UHGV virus genome: UHGV-1374865
Source of the DNA: a virus
Reading direction: 5' to 3' (one strand)
DNA: 37,134 nucleotides
The translations under genes were made by a program, and so were the position numbers. Positions 1-9,897 of this stretch are shown here, one piece after another; positions within the stretch are counted from its first letter, which is position 1; the number at the start of each line of letters is the position of its first letter. The notes under the pieces were generated by a model. It did not search any database. It saw nothing but the letters and a program-made list of their open reading frames with translations, and was not told where the DNA came from.

Positions 1-357
1 CAGTATTGCAACGTAGAGTCCGTATTTTGGGATAATGCAGAGACAGTGCTCGGTAATTCGATCCGAAACGCCGTAGAAAAAGAATATCCGTGGATCGCTG
101 TCAAACCGGCAAAAAAAAGACCAATCAACGACAGAATCAGATGCACCGTCAAGCTCATGGGGGCTGGGCGGTTTTTTATTACAAAAGACTGTGAGTCGCT
201 ACAAACCGCTTTTTCGGATGCAGTTTGGAATAAAGAAGCTGTTGGGAAAGACGAACGTCTGGATGACGGCAGTACAGATATTGATAGCCTGGATGCATTT
301 GAATACACGATCGAACGTGATATGAAATACCTGATTGAAGAGGTGGAAGATGTTTGA
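1..357 (+). CDS. terL: Large terminase subunit, C-terminal part. The ORF is open at base 1 and is the in-frame continuation of the terL 5' part at 36157..37134.
   Basis: Frame 1 is open from base 1 to the stop at 355-357. The C-terminal sequence (RFFITKDC...DDGSTDIDSLDAFEY) resembles PBSX/XtmB-type large terminases from memory. The portal gene follows directly. Confidence 0.8.
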   Translation, partial: QYCNVESVFWDNAETVLGNSIRNAVEKEYPWIAVKPAKKRPINDRIRCTVKLMGAGRFFITKDCESLQTAFSDAVWNKEAVGKDERLDDGSTDIDSLDAFEYTIERDMKYLIEEVEDV

Positions 358-1900
358 TGGAATTAAGAGATTATGGAAAGGAATCATGAGGATGTTTGGA
401 TATACGACATTAAAACAGATCATCGGCAAGGATATCGCACTATCCAACGACATGATAGATGCAATCAACAGGTGGAGACAGATGCTAAACGGTGATGCAG
501 ATTGGGTTTCAGATAGCATCGTTTCTCTTGGGATTGAAGATGGAATCTGCCGAGAGTTTGCAGACTGCGCGCTGGTTGAAATGGAAACCAGCGTGACAAA
601 TGAACGTCTGGACAAGATCTATCAGAAGAATATCGCGAGCCTGAATGAGAATCTTCAGGAAGGTCTTGCACTCGGATCATTTGTTTTGAAACCACTGGGA
701 GAATCGGCTGCCGAATTCGTTTCCGCTGACAAGATTATCCCGATCAGATTTGGGGATGATGGAAAGCCGAATGATATTGCGTTTTTGACCGTAAAAAAGG
801 TTGGGGACGCTGATTATTTCACGAGGCTTGAACGGCACTATTTCATTGACGGGAATCTGACTATAGAAAACAAGTGCTTCCACTCTCAGACAGCGAATGA
901 TATCGGTCTTCCGTGCAGCCTAGAAGCAGTGGAGGAATGGGAGAATATCCTACCTGGACCGATTACATACCCCGGCATGAATCGAATGGACTTCGGATAT
1001 TACAGGAATCCAATTAAAAACAAGGTGGATGGTTCTGCATGTGGTGTATCAGTGTATGAGTCGGCTGCGGAGTTGATTCGAAAAGCGGACACGCAGGGTG
1101 CGAGGCTTGACTGGGAATACGAATCGGGAGAGCGTGCAATACATGTTGACAACAGGGCTCTGAAACAAGACAAGGCAACTGGCAAGTTTGGACTACCAAA
1201 ACTTAAAAACAAACTGTACCGGGGAATGAATCTGGATGCTGGAAAGGATCAGGAACTCCTGAAAGAATACTCCCCAGAAATGAGGGACGAAGCCTTTAAG
1301 CGTGGGTTGGAGGAATACAAGCGTGAGATTGAATTTTCCGTAGGTCTTGCTTATGGAGACCTGTCAGATGCGCAGGAAGTAGCAAAGACAGCCACGGAGA
1401 TCAAAGCATCGAAGAACCGCAAGTACAACCGAGTGACGGCGATTCAGAATAACTTATACGATTGCTTAGAGGACTTTGCCGCGGGACTTGCATTCTACAA
1501 CAGTATGCTTAATTCGGGATATGAGTTCTCTTGTAAATTTAACGATTCTATTCTGACCGATGAAGAAACAGAGCGTCAGCAGGATAGACAGGACGTGAGT
1601 ATGGGCGTGATGTCGCACTTGGAATACCGCATGAAATGGTACAACGAGGATGAAGCCACAGCAAAGAAGATGTTGCCGGAACAGAACCAAGTTATAGACG
1701 ATCAAATGTTTTCAGACTTAGGGGGGGCACAAGTACAAAGTAAAACATTAAATGGTGCTCAAACACAGAGTCTTATTGCTATTATGTCTCAATACACAGC
1801 CGGAGAGCTGACAGAGGGACAGGCAGTGAATTTGATCGCGACAGCAATTGGAATCGAAAAAGACGAAGCAAGAAAAATTTTAGATGGAGAAGTGATCTAA
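350..1900 (+). CDS. Portal protein, SPP1 gp6-like by position and size. ATG 350 is preferred; an alternative TTG start lies at 335.
   Basis: A ~515-aa ORF immediately downstream of terL. AGGTGGAAG RBS before ATG 350, with start overlapping the terL stop. Size and position are typical of a portal. Confidence 0.7.
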   Translation: MFDGIKRLWKGIMRMFGYTTLKQIIGKDIALSNDMIDAINRWRQMLNGDADWVSDSIVSLGIEDGICREFADCALVEMETSVTNERLDKIYQKNIASLNENLQEGLALGSFVLKPLGESAAEFVSADKIIPIRFGDDGKPNDIAFLTVKKVGDADYFTRLERHYFIDGNLTIENKCFHSQTANDIGLPCSLEAVEEWENILPGPITYPGMNRMDFGYYRNPIKNKVDGSACGVSVYESAAELIRKADTQGARLDWEYESGERAIHVDNRALKQDKATGKFGLPKLKNKLYRGMNLDAGKDQELLKEYSPEMRDEAFKRGLEEYKREIEFSVGLAYGDLSDAQEVAKTATEIKASKNRKYNRVTAIQNNLYDCLEDFAAGLAFYNSMLNSGYEFSCKFNDSILTDEETERQQDRQDVSMGVMSHLEYRMKWYNEDEATAKKMLPEQNQVIDDQMFSDLGGAQVQSKTLNGAQTQSLIAIMSQYTAGELTEGQAVNLIATAIGIEKDEARKILDGEVI

Positions 1901-3085
1901 TTGAGAGAGGACTACAAGAAACAACTATCCGGACAGATTGAAAAGCATTTTCTGGATTTGGAGCATATGATTCTTGAAGATATTATCCGCAGAATTAAAA
2001 AAGCTGGAAAAATCACAAGCACGGCAGACTGGCAGATTAACCGGTTGCAGATCATTGGGTACTCTTCCGAGGACATCGAAAAGATGATAAAAACCACGCT
2101 GAACCTGTCATATCCGGAAGTGTTTAAACTGCATGACAAGGTTATCGACTGGGAATATGTTCGTAACAAAGACATATACGAACAAGTCAATGTGGAATAT
2201 ATCCCCTACGAGGATAATAAGGAGTTGCAACAGCTTGCAGATGGATTCATCCAGCAGAGCAATGATGATCTGCGGAACGTCACAAAGTCCATGGGATTTT
2301 ATGTGGATTACGGAGGCGGTAGGCTTGTTATGACTCCATTATCCGACATCTACCAAGGATATCTTGATAAGGCTATCACAGGCGTTGTTTACGGAGCATT
2401 TGATTACAATACCATGATTCGCAAGGTGGTCACTCAGCTCACAAACAGCGGACTCAGGAATATTGATTACGCTTCTGGGTGGCATAGCAGGGTAGACGTG
2501 GCGGCAAGGAGAGCGGTTATGACAGGAGTGGCGCAGCTTACCGGGAAAATTACAGAAATGAACGCCGAGAAGTTAGGAACAGAACATTTTGAGATTGCGT
2601 GGCACGCCGGAGCGAGACCATCACACGCCGTCTGGCAAGGCAAGGTGTGGAGCAAAAAAGAGCTTGTTACGGTATGCGGTCTTGGAACAGTCACCGGACT
2701 ACTTGGAGTAAACTGTTACCACGAATATTACCCTTTCGTAAAGGGCGTGTCAGAGCGGAATTGGTCTGATTCTTGGCTTGCAGAGCAGAACCGCAAGGAA
2801 AGTATACCTAAGACATTTAACGGCAAGGAATACACCTTGTACGAAGCCAGACAGCAACAGAGAAAAATGGAAACAGCAATGAGAGCGCAGAGAGAAAAGG
2901 CTGTGCTACTAAAACAGGGTGGTGCTGATCCAGACGATGTGGTGCTTGCGAAAGCAAAATATCAAGGACAACTTGGTGAGTACACCAGATTTTGTAAACA
3001 AATGGGGCTGCATCAAGAACGTGAGCGCATCTATTACGATATGCGCGGCAGAGTGGCACCTGTACCAAAACGATTTAGGAGGTAG
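1901..3085 (+). CDS. Minor head protein, phage Mu F / SPP1 gp7-like head morphogenesis protein.
   Basis: Follows the portal. Conserved core (...GVAQLTGKITEMNAE...EIAWHAGARPSHAVWQGKVWS...) resembles the Phage_Mu_F domain from memory. Basic C-terminus. Confidence 0.65.
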   Translation: MREDYKKQLSGQIEKHFLDLEHMILEDIIRRIKKAGKITSTADWQINRLQIIGYSSEDIEKMIKTTLNLSYPEVFKLHDKVIDWEYVRNKDIYEQVNVEYIPYEDNKELQQLADGFIQQSNDDLRNVTKSMGFYVDYGGGRLVMTPLSDIYQGYLDKAITGVVYGAFDYNTMIRKVVTQLTNSGLRNIDYASGWHSRVDVAARRAVMTGVAQLTGKITEMNAEKLGTEHFEIAWHAGARPSHAVWQGKVWSKKELVTVCGLGTVTGLLGVNCYHEYYPFVKGVSERNWSDSWLAEQNRKESIPKTFNGKEYTLYEARQQQRKMETAMRAQREKAVLLKQGGADPDDVVLAKAKYQGQLGEYTRFCKQMGLHQERERIYYDMRGRVAPVPKRFRR

Positions 3086-3087
3086 AA

Positions 3088-3369
3088 ATGAGTAAAGTAA
3101 AAGTAATCAGACAGCCGACAGCGGAAGCAACATTGATTTTTGAATTTGAGATAGCATCATCAGAATTTCTGGTCAAGAATTTCACAGACGGAGATATCTA
3201 CGCATCTCTGGAAAGGGACGCGACAAAAGAGCAGAGCGTATTGATTCCGGCGCAGACCGCACAGCGATTGCAGTACGGTTCTTACGGCGGTGGAAAGAGT
3301 AGCACCGTCCAAATCATCCCAACAGCAACCTCGGAAAAAGGAGTAGAAGTACAATGCTTAAAATGGTAG
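3088..3369 (+). CDS. Hypothetical protein in the head module.
   Basis: ORF with GGAGG-type RBS (aggaggtagaaATG), tightly packed in the operon. Confidence 0.5.
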   Translation: MSKVKVIRQPTAEATLIFEFEIASSEFLVKNFTDGDIYASLERDATKEQSVLIPAQTAQRLQYGSYGGGKSSTVQIIPTATSEKGVEVQCLKW

Positions 3370-4868
3370 ACGGAACTGGAATCATAGGAGTGGATACGAT
3401 CTGCCCTCTTGGAATCTCCACTCCACAGCCACCGAATTATGACAGGGTAGAGCTAGAGGGTACAGGGATGTTGGTACTGCCGAACAGCTTGGATGCGCCG
3501 CTTGAGAGGTTGGAGCTTGGTGGGAAGACGGAGCAGGTGCAGACTACTGGAGCGCAGTTGTTTGATAAAAATAGTGTCGTAAATGGTGTTATTATCGCTG
3601 ATGAATCTGTAACAGATAATGCACCGTTATATGTAACAAGCGATTATATTCCTGTAAAACCAAGCGTAATGTATGCATGTACAGAAACCGGATCAAAAAG
3701 ATTAAAATTCTTCGATATAGACAAACAGCCTGTTCAAAAGATCAACTTCGAAGATGCGAATGTCGAACGAGGAAGCACATTCACAACAGGAGAAACTACA
3801 AGGTTTATAAGATTGTCGTTATTGCGCGAAAAACTTGATTCAATCATGTTAAATGAAGGCTCTAAATCCATTTCTTACGAACCCTACACAGGCGGTAAAC
3901 CCTCCCCAAGCCCAGAATATCTACAGGAAATTAAAAACTCTGGGAAGTGGAATGAGGAAACAAGGAAGTATGAAGTGGATGTGAAGGTTACTGGAAGAAA
4001 TCTTTTTAACGGGAAACTATTAAAGGGAAAATTCATAACGGACGACATGAATGTTGTTAGCGATCTAGTAACAATGAATACTTTTGACAAACCAGTTGAA
4101 ATTGAACCAAATACAGATTATGTCATTTCTGCAAATGGAGTAATATGGGAAGGTAATATCAACGTATATGACGAAAACGGAAAGAAGATAGTTCAGCATT
4201 TTACTGGAAAATTTAAAACTCCATCAAACGCAAAATACATTCGGGCTAGTATATCGAATGCAAGAGCGCCGATTGATTCCAAAATCCAAATGGAATATGG
4301 AACAGCTATGAATGAATTTGAGCAATACCATCAACCGCAAACCCTCACTCTAACTTCCGACCGCCCTCTCACAAAGTGGGACAGACTGGTAGAGCAGGGT
4401 GGACAGATTGGGTGGTTGTATAAGAGCGAGATAATTGACGGTTTTGATGGACAATCTAGTAATATAACCCTGGGTGGGAAACAAGGAGAAGTTCAGCATT
4501 TTTCGGTTGTTTTTACAGATGTACCGAATGGAATCGGAAATGGCGATATTTATGTAGACAGATATAGAGCCATAGCAATATCGTACACAAAAGCAGAATT
4601 CGGAATCTGTTGTAATTGGAATATTGGAGTTAAATTTTTTTCAGCACCGAACGAAAATGTTACAACCGTCCAAGAATTTAAAACGTGGCTCGTAGAAAAT
4701 CCGTTAAAAATCGCTTACGAAACTACGAACCCCGAATTCGTCCCCCTACCACAATCCGAACAAAACGCTATCCGAGCATTAAAAACCTACTACCCTACCA
4801 CAGTAATCACAGCAGACGGAGGGGAGCTTGACCCAGACATTAAAGTAACCTATCGAAAGGAGATATGA
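3354..4868 (+). CDS. Hypothetical 504-aa structural protein with an internal duplicated ~110-aa module. Possible capsid decoration or adhesin protein.
   Basis: Long ORF between the minor head protein and scaffold. Two similar segments (FFDIDKQPVQKINF...RFIRLSL versus VYDENGKKIVQHF...KYIRASI) suggest tandem beta-sandwich domains. No enzymatic motif recognised. Confidence 0.55.
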   Translation: MLKMVDGTGIIGVDTICPLGISTPQPPNYDRVELEGTGMLVLPNSLDAPLERLELGGKTEQVQTTGAQLFDKNSVVNGVIIADESVTDNAPLYVTSDYIPVKPSVMYACTETGSKRLKFFDIDKQPVQKINFEDANVERGSTFTTGETTRFIRLSLLREKLDSIMLNEGSKSISYEPYTGGKPSPSPEYLQEIKNSGKWNEETRKYEVDVKVTGRNLFNGKLLKGKFITDDMNVVSDLVTMNTFDKPVEIEPNTDYVISANGVIWEGNINVYDENGKKIVQHFTGKFKTPSNAKYIRASISNARAPIDSKIQMEYGTAMNEFEQYHQPQTLTLTSDRPLTKWDRLVEQGGQIGWLYKSEIIDGFDGQSSNITLGGKQGEVQHFSVVFTDVPNGIGNGDIYVDRYRAIAISYTKAEFGICCNWNIGVKFFSAPNENVTTVQEFKTWLVENPLKIAYETTNPEFVPLPQSEQNAIRALKTYYPTTVITADGGELDPDIKVTYRKEI

Positions 4869-4869
4869 T

Positions 4870-5157
4870 ATGAACTACGCAAAAATCATGGAAAACGGAA
4901 CTGTAAGAATCAGCTCCATCAAAAAAGAGGGCTACAAGCCACTCAAGGAAGAGAAACCAGAGGGATTTAGTAACCTTGTCTTTGTTGGATATACAGAGAC
5001 AGAAGAAAATGTAATCAAAGAATATGAAGCTGTCGATGACGGAATGAGCGCCTATGGGAAATTGCAGAATGACCTGAAAGCAACACAGGCAGCACAGGAA
5101 GTCACAGATCAGGCGGTACAGGAGTTAATTTTAGCAACAATGAAAATGGGGGTGTAA
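4870..5157 (+). CDS. Hypothetical protein.
   Basis: 95-aa ORF. Its start is ATGA-overlapped with the upstream stop. Confidence 0.55.
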   Translation: MNYAKIMENGTVRISSIKKEGYKPLKEEKPEGFSNLVFVGYTETEENVIKEYEAVDDGMSAYGKLQNDLKATQAAQEVTDQAVQELILATMKMGV

Positions 5158-5160
5158 ATT

Positions 5161-5256
5161 ATGGCACAGTTTTTGGCAAACAGAATTAAAGGTGGACACT
5201 TGACAATTGATGATGTACCGGAGAGCTTAAAAGAACAGGTACAGGCGTTACTTTAG
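5161..5256 (+). CDS. Small ORF, 31 aa (MAQFLANRIKGGHLTIDDVPESLKEQVQALL), resembling short conserved phage miniproteins.
   Basis: ATG 4 nt after the upstream stop, preceded by a GGGGGTG SD-like sequence. Below the ORF-track cutoff, so only weakly supported. Confidence 0.3.
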   Translation: MAQFLANRIKGGHLTIDDVPESLKEQVQALL

Positions 5257-5404
5257 GAGTAAAAATTGAATAAGTAGGACATTAGCACATAGAGATATGT
5301 GTTATTTTTATACCTTTTTGGTCAGTAGATGAGACCTTAAACAGTCAATTCGTGGTGGATGGTTACACACCTTAAACAACCTAAAACGAAAGGAGAACGG
5401 AAAC

Positions 5405-5959
5405 ATGAAAACAGAATTTTTAAAAGGACTCGGATTGGAACAGGACGCGATTGATAAGATCATGGCAGAGAACGGGAAAGACATTGCCGCTGAAAAGGCA
5501 AAGACAACCAAAGCAGAGGGTGAGCGTGACAATTACAAGAGTCAGCTTGAGACTGCAACGGAATCTTTGGAAAAATTTAAAGATGTTGACCCAACAGCTA
5601 TGCAGGGCGAGATTGATAAGCTGAATCAGCAGTTGAAAGATAAAGACGCTGAGTATGCTGCCAAAGAAGCAGATCGCATCTTTTCCGACACGATCAAAGA
5701 AGCGATCAAGACAGCAGGTGGACGCAATGAAAAAGCGGTCATGGCTATGCTTGATATGGACGCTTTAAAAGAATCGAAAAATCAGTCTGAGGACATCAAG
5801 AAAGCATTGGAAACCGTAAAGGAATCTGATGCTTATTTATTTGGCTCTGATGAGCCTTTTAAGAACCCGGTGGGAGCAACTGGCGGCTCTGGTGGCGAGA
5901 TTGGTAGAGACATGCATTCTGCTATGCGAGCGGCGATGGGGCTTCCACCAGAAAAATAG
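5405..5959 (+). CDS. Scaffolding protein.
   Basis: Strong RBS (AAAGGAGAAcggaaacATG). Charged, coiled-coil-like sequence rich in K/E/A. Lies immediately upstream of the major capsid gene. Confidence 0.7.
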   Translation: MKTEFLKGLGLEQDAIDKIMAENGKDIAAEKAKTTKAEGERDNYKSQLETATESLEKFKDVDPTAMQGEIDKLNQQLKDKDAEYAAKEADRIFSDTIKEAIKTAGGRNEKAVMAMLDMDALKESKNQSEDIKKALETVKESDAYLFGSDEPFKNPVGATGGSGGEIGRDMHSAMRAAMGLPPEK

Positions 5960-5990
5960 CAAACAATATTAGAAAGAACGAGGTAATAAT

Positions 5991-6848
5991 ATGGCAAACA
6001 ACATTGCATTAAGAAAAGAATATTTATCAGGTTTACTTGACCAGGTATACAAACTGTCATCTCTCACAGCTGTCCTTGACGGGGCAAACGAGTTGGCGCG
6101 AGAGGGAGCGAACGCGAACGAAATCTTAATCCCGAAAATGACAATGCAGGGATTAGCGAACTACAATAGACAGTCAGGATATGTAGCAGGTGACGTAACT
6201 CTCGAGTACGAAACAAAGAAATGCGGATATGATCGCGGACGAATGTTCACGATTGATGCCATGGACAACATTGAATCCGCAGGTCTGGCGTTCAGCCGAC
6301 TTTCTGGAGAGTTCCTGCGCACCAAAGTAGTGCCAGAACTTGATGCGTACCGTTTGGCTGGATATGCATCTGTTTCCGGTGTCACGACTGTAGAAGCAGC
6401 TCTCAATGATGGAAAGGCGGCTCTTGCAGCGCTTAGAACAGCTAGAAGCAAAATTGAGAACGCAGAAGCAAACCTTGCAACTTGTTATCTGTTTATCAAT
6501 CCAACAATCTACGGATTGATCGAGGACTTGGACACAACGGCATCCAAGAAAGCTATTGATGGATTTGCAGGAATTGTCAAGGTTCCAGAGGGAAGATTCT
6601 ATTCAAAAATCGATCTGACAGCTTCTGGCGCAGGAGGATATGCTAAGAATTCCGAAGGTAAAGCAGTAAACTTCATGATCGTGGACAAACAGGCAGCAAT
6701 TCAGTACCAGAAACACACTGTATCCAAGATTATTACACCAGACCAGAACCAGGATGCGGACGCTTGGAAATTTGGATACCGTACTGTTGGTATCGCAGAA
6801 TGCTACGATAACAAGAAAGATGGTATCTATGTACACACAGTAGTGTAA
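5991..6848 (+). CDS. Major capsid protein, HK97-fold family by position.
   Basis: A 285-aa ORF after the scaffold with a good RBS. Composition is typical of siphovirus major capsid proteins. Confidence 0.75.
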   Translation: MANNIALRKEYLSGLLDQVYKLSSLTAVLDGANELAREGANANEILIPKMTMQGLANYNRQSGYVAGDVTLEYETKKCGYDRGRMFTIDAMDNIESAGLAFSRLSGEFLRTKVVPELDAYRLAGYASVSGVTTVEAALNDGKAALAALRTARSKIENAEANLATCYLFINPTIYGLIEDLDTTASKKAIDGFAGIVKVPEGRFYSKIDLTASGAGGYAKNSEGKAVNFMIVDKQAAIQYQKHTVSKIITPDQNQDADAWKFGYRTVGIAECYDNKKDGIYVHTVV

Positions 6849-6859
6849 GGAGTGATCGA

Positions 6860-7240
6860 ATGAATCTGTACGCAGATTATGAATATTACATCTCTGCATA
6901 CAAGGGAAAACTGGCGAAAGAAGAGTTTGAAAAATCCATTATGAAAGCATCAGCTTATGTCCGAAGGATTACCTTCGGGCGCGCTGATGACAATATGGAA
7001 ATGGAAGAAGTAAAGCTTGCCACATGCTCTGTCTGTGATTTGATTGCAAATGACGAAAAGGTCAGAAGCAAGCATTCTGGACGTGCGGTCACATCCGAAA
7101 ACACAGATGGATACTCCGTCAGCTACGAAAGCGGAGGAAACGGGGAAACAGCAGATGAACTGCTTGGCAGAAAGATATTTGATACATTGAAACTCTATCT
7201 TATGCCGACTGGTCTCTTATATATGGGGGTAGAATCATGA
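6860..7240 (+). CDS. Head-tail connector protein, gp6-like.
   Basis: Small ORF directly after the capsid gene, in the usual position for a head-tail connector. Confidence 0.45.
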   Translation: MNLYADYEYYISAYKGKLAKEEFEKSIMKASAYVRRITFGRADDNMEMEEVKLATCSVCDLIANDEKVRSKHSGRAVTSENTDGYSVSYESGGNGETADELLGRKIFDTLKLYLMPTGLLYMGVES

Positions 7241-7572
7241 TAGCCAACACAGACGCAACACTGTACAGCAGAAAATACAACTCTGAAACCAGACTGGATG
7301 AGTGGGAGCGAACGTATATCCCGGCGGTATGGTGGTACAAAAATGAAAAGTCGCAGATCACGACAGATGGATTGAAACAAGCAGACACCTACACAATTAG
7401 AATCCCGGATACGAGCGTGGAAATCAAGAAAGACGATTACCTTGTAAAAGGCGATTGCAAGGTTGACATGCAGACGATTAAGGACTTGGACGGACTGGAC
7501 AAGACTAGAATTACATCTGCAAACTACAATACTTTTGGCGGCAATCCGCATATTAAGGTGGTGGGAGTGTAG
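7237..7572 (+). CDS. Head closure / head-tail adaptor protein.
   Basis: ATGA-overlapping small ORF within the connector gene run. Confidence 0.45.
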   Translation: MIANTDATLYSRKYNSETRLDEWERTYIPAVWWYKNEKSQITTDGLKQADTYTIRIPDTSVEIKKDDYLVKGDCKVDMQTIKDLDGLDKTRITSANYNTFGGNPHIKVVGV

Positions 7573-7961
7573 TGGCAAAAGGAAAGAAAAAATTCCAGAT
7601 TGAGACACCGAGAGGTGTAATTTATACGCAAGCAACAAAAGGTGGAAAAGTGACGGCAAGACTTGACTGGAATCCCAGCTTTAAGCCAAGCATGGAATCC
7701 GGTTTTGCAAACGCACAGTCTTTTGTGGACTCTGAATGTATCCGTCGTATGAACCCAGAGACTCCAAGACGGACAGGAGCGCTTGTTAAGTCAGTAACCC
7801 TTGGAACCGTAATTGGAAGTGGTGAGATCAACCAGATTGCGCCTTATGCACGTAGACAGTATTACGAGCACAAGGAAAAATCACGATGGTTTGAGCGCAT
7901 GAAAAACCGCCACAAAGACTCTATCCTGAAAGGAGCGGCAAAGTATGTCAAATCTCATTGA
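7572..7961 (+). CDS. HK97 gp10-like / minor capsid (neck) protein.
   Basis: GTG start with AAGGTGG RBS. Basic protein in the connector gene run. Confidence 0.45.
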   Translation: MAKGKKKFQIETPRGVIYTQATKGGKVTARLDWNPSFKPSMESGFANAQSFVDSECIRRMNPETPRRTGALVKSVTLGTVIGSGEINQIAPYARRQYYEHKEKSRWFERMKNRHKDSILKGAAKYVKSH

Positions 7962-8364
7962 CAGCGTAAGATCATATATTCTCACATGTCCGTTTTTAAG
8001 CGATGGACGTGTGAACGTGGACTACATTGGAACGGATATGGGGTACTCTGTTGACCCTCTCCCTTGCGACCCGATCATGCAGAGATACATGGATGGAGGG
8101 GCGAAGAAGCAGTTCCAGTTTGCGTTTACGAGCCAAGAGGAATACGATCAGGACGCAAGAATCAATATCGAAAACAGTGGATTCTTCCAGAGCTTCGAAG
8201 AGTGGTTGGAACAGCAGAGTTTTAACAACAACCTCCCAAAACTCGAAGAAAAGAAGAACCCAATATCAATCGAAACTTTAAACAGCGGTTACTTGTACGA
8301 TATCAACGAGGAAAAAGCTAAGTATCGTATTGAGTGCCGCTTAATTTATACACAGGAGGTATAA
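7945..8364 (+). CDS. Tail completion / tail terminator protein.
   Basis: Position just upstream of the major tail protein gene. Confidence 0.4.
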   Translation: MSNLIDSVRSYILTCPFLSDGRVNVDYIGTDMGYSVDPLPCDPIMQRYMDGGAKKQFQFAFTSQEEYDQDARINIENSGFFQSFEEWLEQQSFNNNLPKLEEKKNPISIETLNSGYLYDINEEKAKYRIECRLIYTQEV

Positions 8365-8366
8365 GT

Positions 8367-8894
8367 ATGGCAGTAACAGCAGCACCAAAATTAGTCGGCA
8401 GACATTTGCGTGTGGCATTTATGAACACGGATGCAACAGGCAGTTCGCCAAAATTCGAGAGAATGACTAATTTCACAACAATGACAAACGGGAAAAACCC
8501 GAAAGAGTATTCCAGACAGTACGTGGATGAAAGCACCGAGAGATCAGATGTAGTTGGATATGCTCCGGCTACAGAGTACTCTTTTGATATGTATGCAGGG
8601 AATCCTGTACATGAGCGAATTGCAAAAATCCATGACGGTGAGAAAGTTGCGGATGATGCACATGTGGAAGTGGTCACGGTGGATTTTTACAAAAAAAGCG
8701 CAACAGGTGATAAGTGCTACGCCACGAAAAGGACTTACGCAGTTATCCCAGATTCCGATGGAGATGGAACGGACGCATTGGTTTATAGCGGATCACTGAA
8801 AGCTGTATCCGAAATCGAGGAAGGATATGTTACAGAGACTGATATTACATCCAAGACAGTTACTTACGCCAAGGGAGATTACATGGGGGAGTAG
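8367..8894 (+). CDS. Major tail protein.
   Basis: ATG at 8367 preceded by ACAGGAGGT. A ~175-aa ORF upstream of the chaperone pair and tape measure. Confidence 0.6.
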   Translation: MAVTAAPKLVGRHLRVAFMNTDATGSSPKFERMTNFTTMTNGKNPKEYSRQYVDESTERSDVVGYAPATEYSFDMYAGNPVHERIAKIHDGEKVADDAHVEVVTVDFYKKSATGDKCYATKRTYAVIPDSDGDGTDALVYSGSLKAVSEIEEGYVTETDITSKTVTYAKGDYMGE

Positions 8895-8949
8895 CTGCCG
8901 CAGATTTTAAGGCGGTAAAAAATACGAGAAAGAATAGGAGAGCGAGCCA

Positions 8950-9315
8950 ATGAGCCAGTGGAAATGGAACGATGTAGAACTTGAAATAGATATGGATGAC
9001 GTAGAGTTTTTGGAAAGATACGAAAAAGTATTTGAAAGCATTGAGCCGAGAGAGAAGAAGCTTGAAAAGGTTGGAAAAATATCCGAAATAACCAGAGAAT
9101 ATTGTTTGTTGTTTTATGATATTTTTGACGGGATTTTCGGAGAAGGTACTTCCGAAAAACTTTTTGACGGGAAAATGAATTTGAGAGTTTGCGAAGAGTG
9201 CTATGATTCGTTCATTGCTGTATGTGAAAAAGAAATCAATGCCGTAAACAAGAGAAGAAATTCTGTTGTTAGCAAGTACACTCCGAATAGAGCGCAGAGA
9301 CGAACAAAGAAATAA
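8950..9315 (+). CDS. Tail assembly chaperone, gpG-like.
   Basis: An acidic ~120-aa protein immediately before a -1 frame overlapping ORF and the tape measure gene. Confidence 0.55.
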   Translation: MSQWKWNDVELEIDMDDVEFLERYEKVFESIEPREKKLEKVGKISEITREYCLLFYDIFDGIFGEGTSEKLFDGKMNLRVCEECYDSFIAVCEKEINAVNKRRNSVVSKYTPNRAQRRTKK

Positions 9316-9316
9316 C

Positions 9317-9889
9317 ATGAATTTTTTTTATGAAGAGTTGCCAAACACAGTAAATGTGAAGGGTGAAAATATCAAGGTCATTACGGATTTCCGTGAATAC
9401 ATCAGGCTTTTGGACATGTTAAAAGACCAAGAGCTTGATGCTCTTCAAAAATTCGCGATCATACAGCAGTATTTTCTTGATGACGTAGTCGCAGACGAAG
9501 AAGCTATAAGCGCATTGTCCCGCTTTATAACGATGGATACAAATTGCGTAGAGGTTGCGGAGACGGGTGATTGTGGGAGACCGCAAGAAAGGCCAAAGAA
9601 AAATTTGTTCTCGTACTCCATTGATTATCCGTATATATTATCCGGCTTTCTCAGGGATTATGGGATTGATTTAATCGACATTAAATATATGCACTGGTGG
9701 AAATTCCGGATGCTTTTCGATGGTCTGTCTGATGATACAGAAATCAAGCAGCGAATATTGTACCGCAGCGTTGATTTATCGGAAATCAAAGACAAAGAAG
9801 AGAGAAAACGAATTAAAAAGATCCAGAAATCAATTCAATTGCCATCTGAGAGCCTGACTGATTATGATATCGGAAATGCTTTTATGTGA
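9317..9889 (+). CDS. Tail assembly chaperone, gpT-like. Its frame is open from ~9248 in the -1 frame relative to gpG.
   Basis: The ORF overlaps the gpG 3' end in the -1 frame. The weak RBS on its own ATG is consistent with frameshift-dependent expression. Confidence 0.45.
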   Translation: MNFFYEELPNTVNVKGENIKVITDFREYIRLLDMLKDQELDALQKFAIIQQYFLDDVVADEEAISALSRFITMDTNCVEVAETGDCGRPQERPKKNLFSYSIDYPYILSGFLRDYGIDLIDIKYMHWWKFRMLFDGLSDDTEIKQRILYRSVDLSEIKDKEERKRIKKIQKSIQLPSESLTDYDIGNAFM

Positions 9890-9897
9890 GGTGACAG

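Noticed and set aside
199-615. Numerous 60-150-aa minus-strand ORFs inside structural genes (for example 199..615, 465..695, 8860..9318, 10110..10526, 11757..12128, 12477..12923, 15504..15966).
   Set aside because: All lie opposite long, well-supported plus-strand genes of a single late operon. They have no RBS or promoters and biased junk-like composition.
8027-8281. 84-aa plus-strand ORF in an alternative frame inside 7945..8364.
   Set aside because: Nested within a better-supported ORF. Basic low-complexity translation and no RBS.
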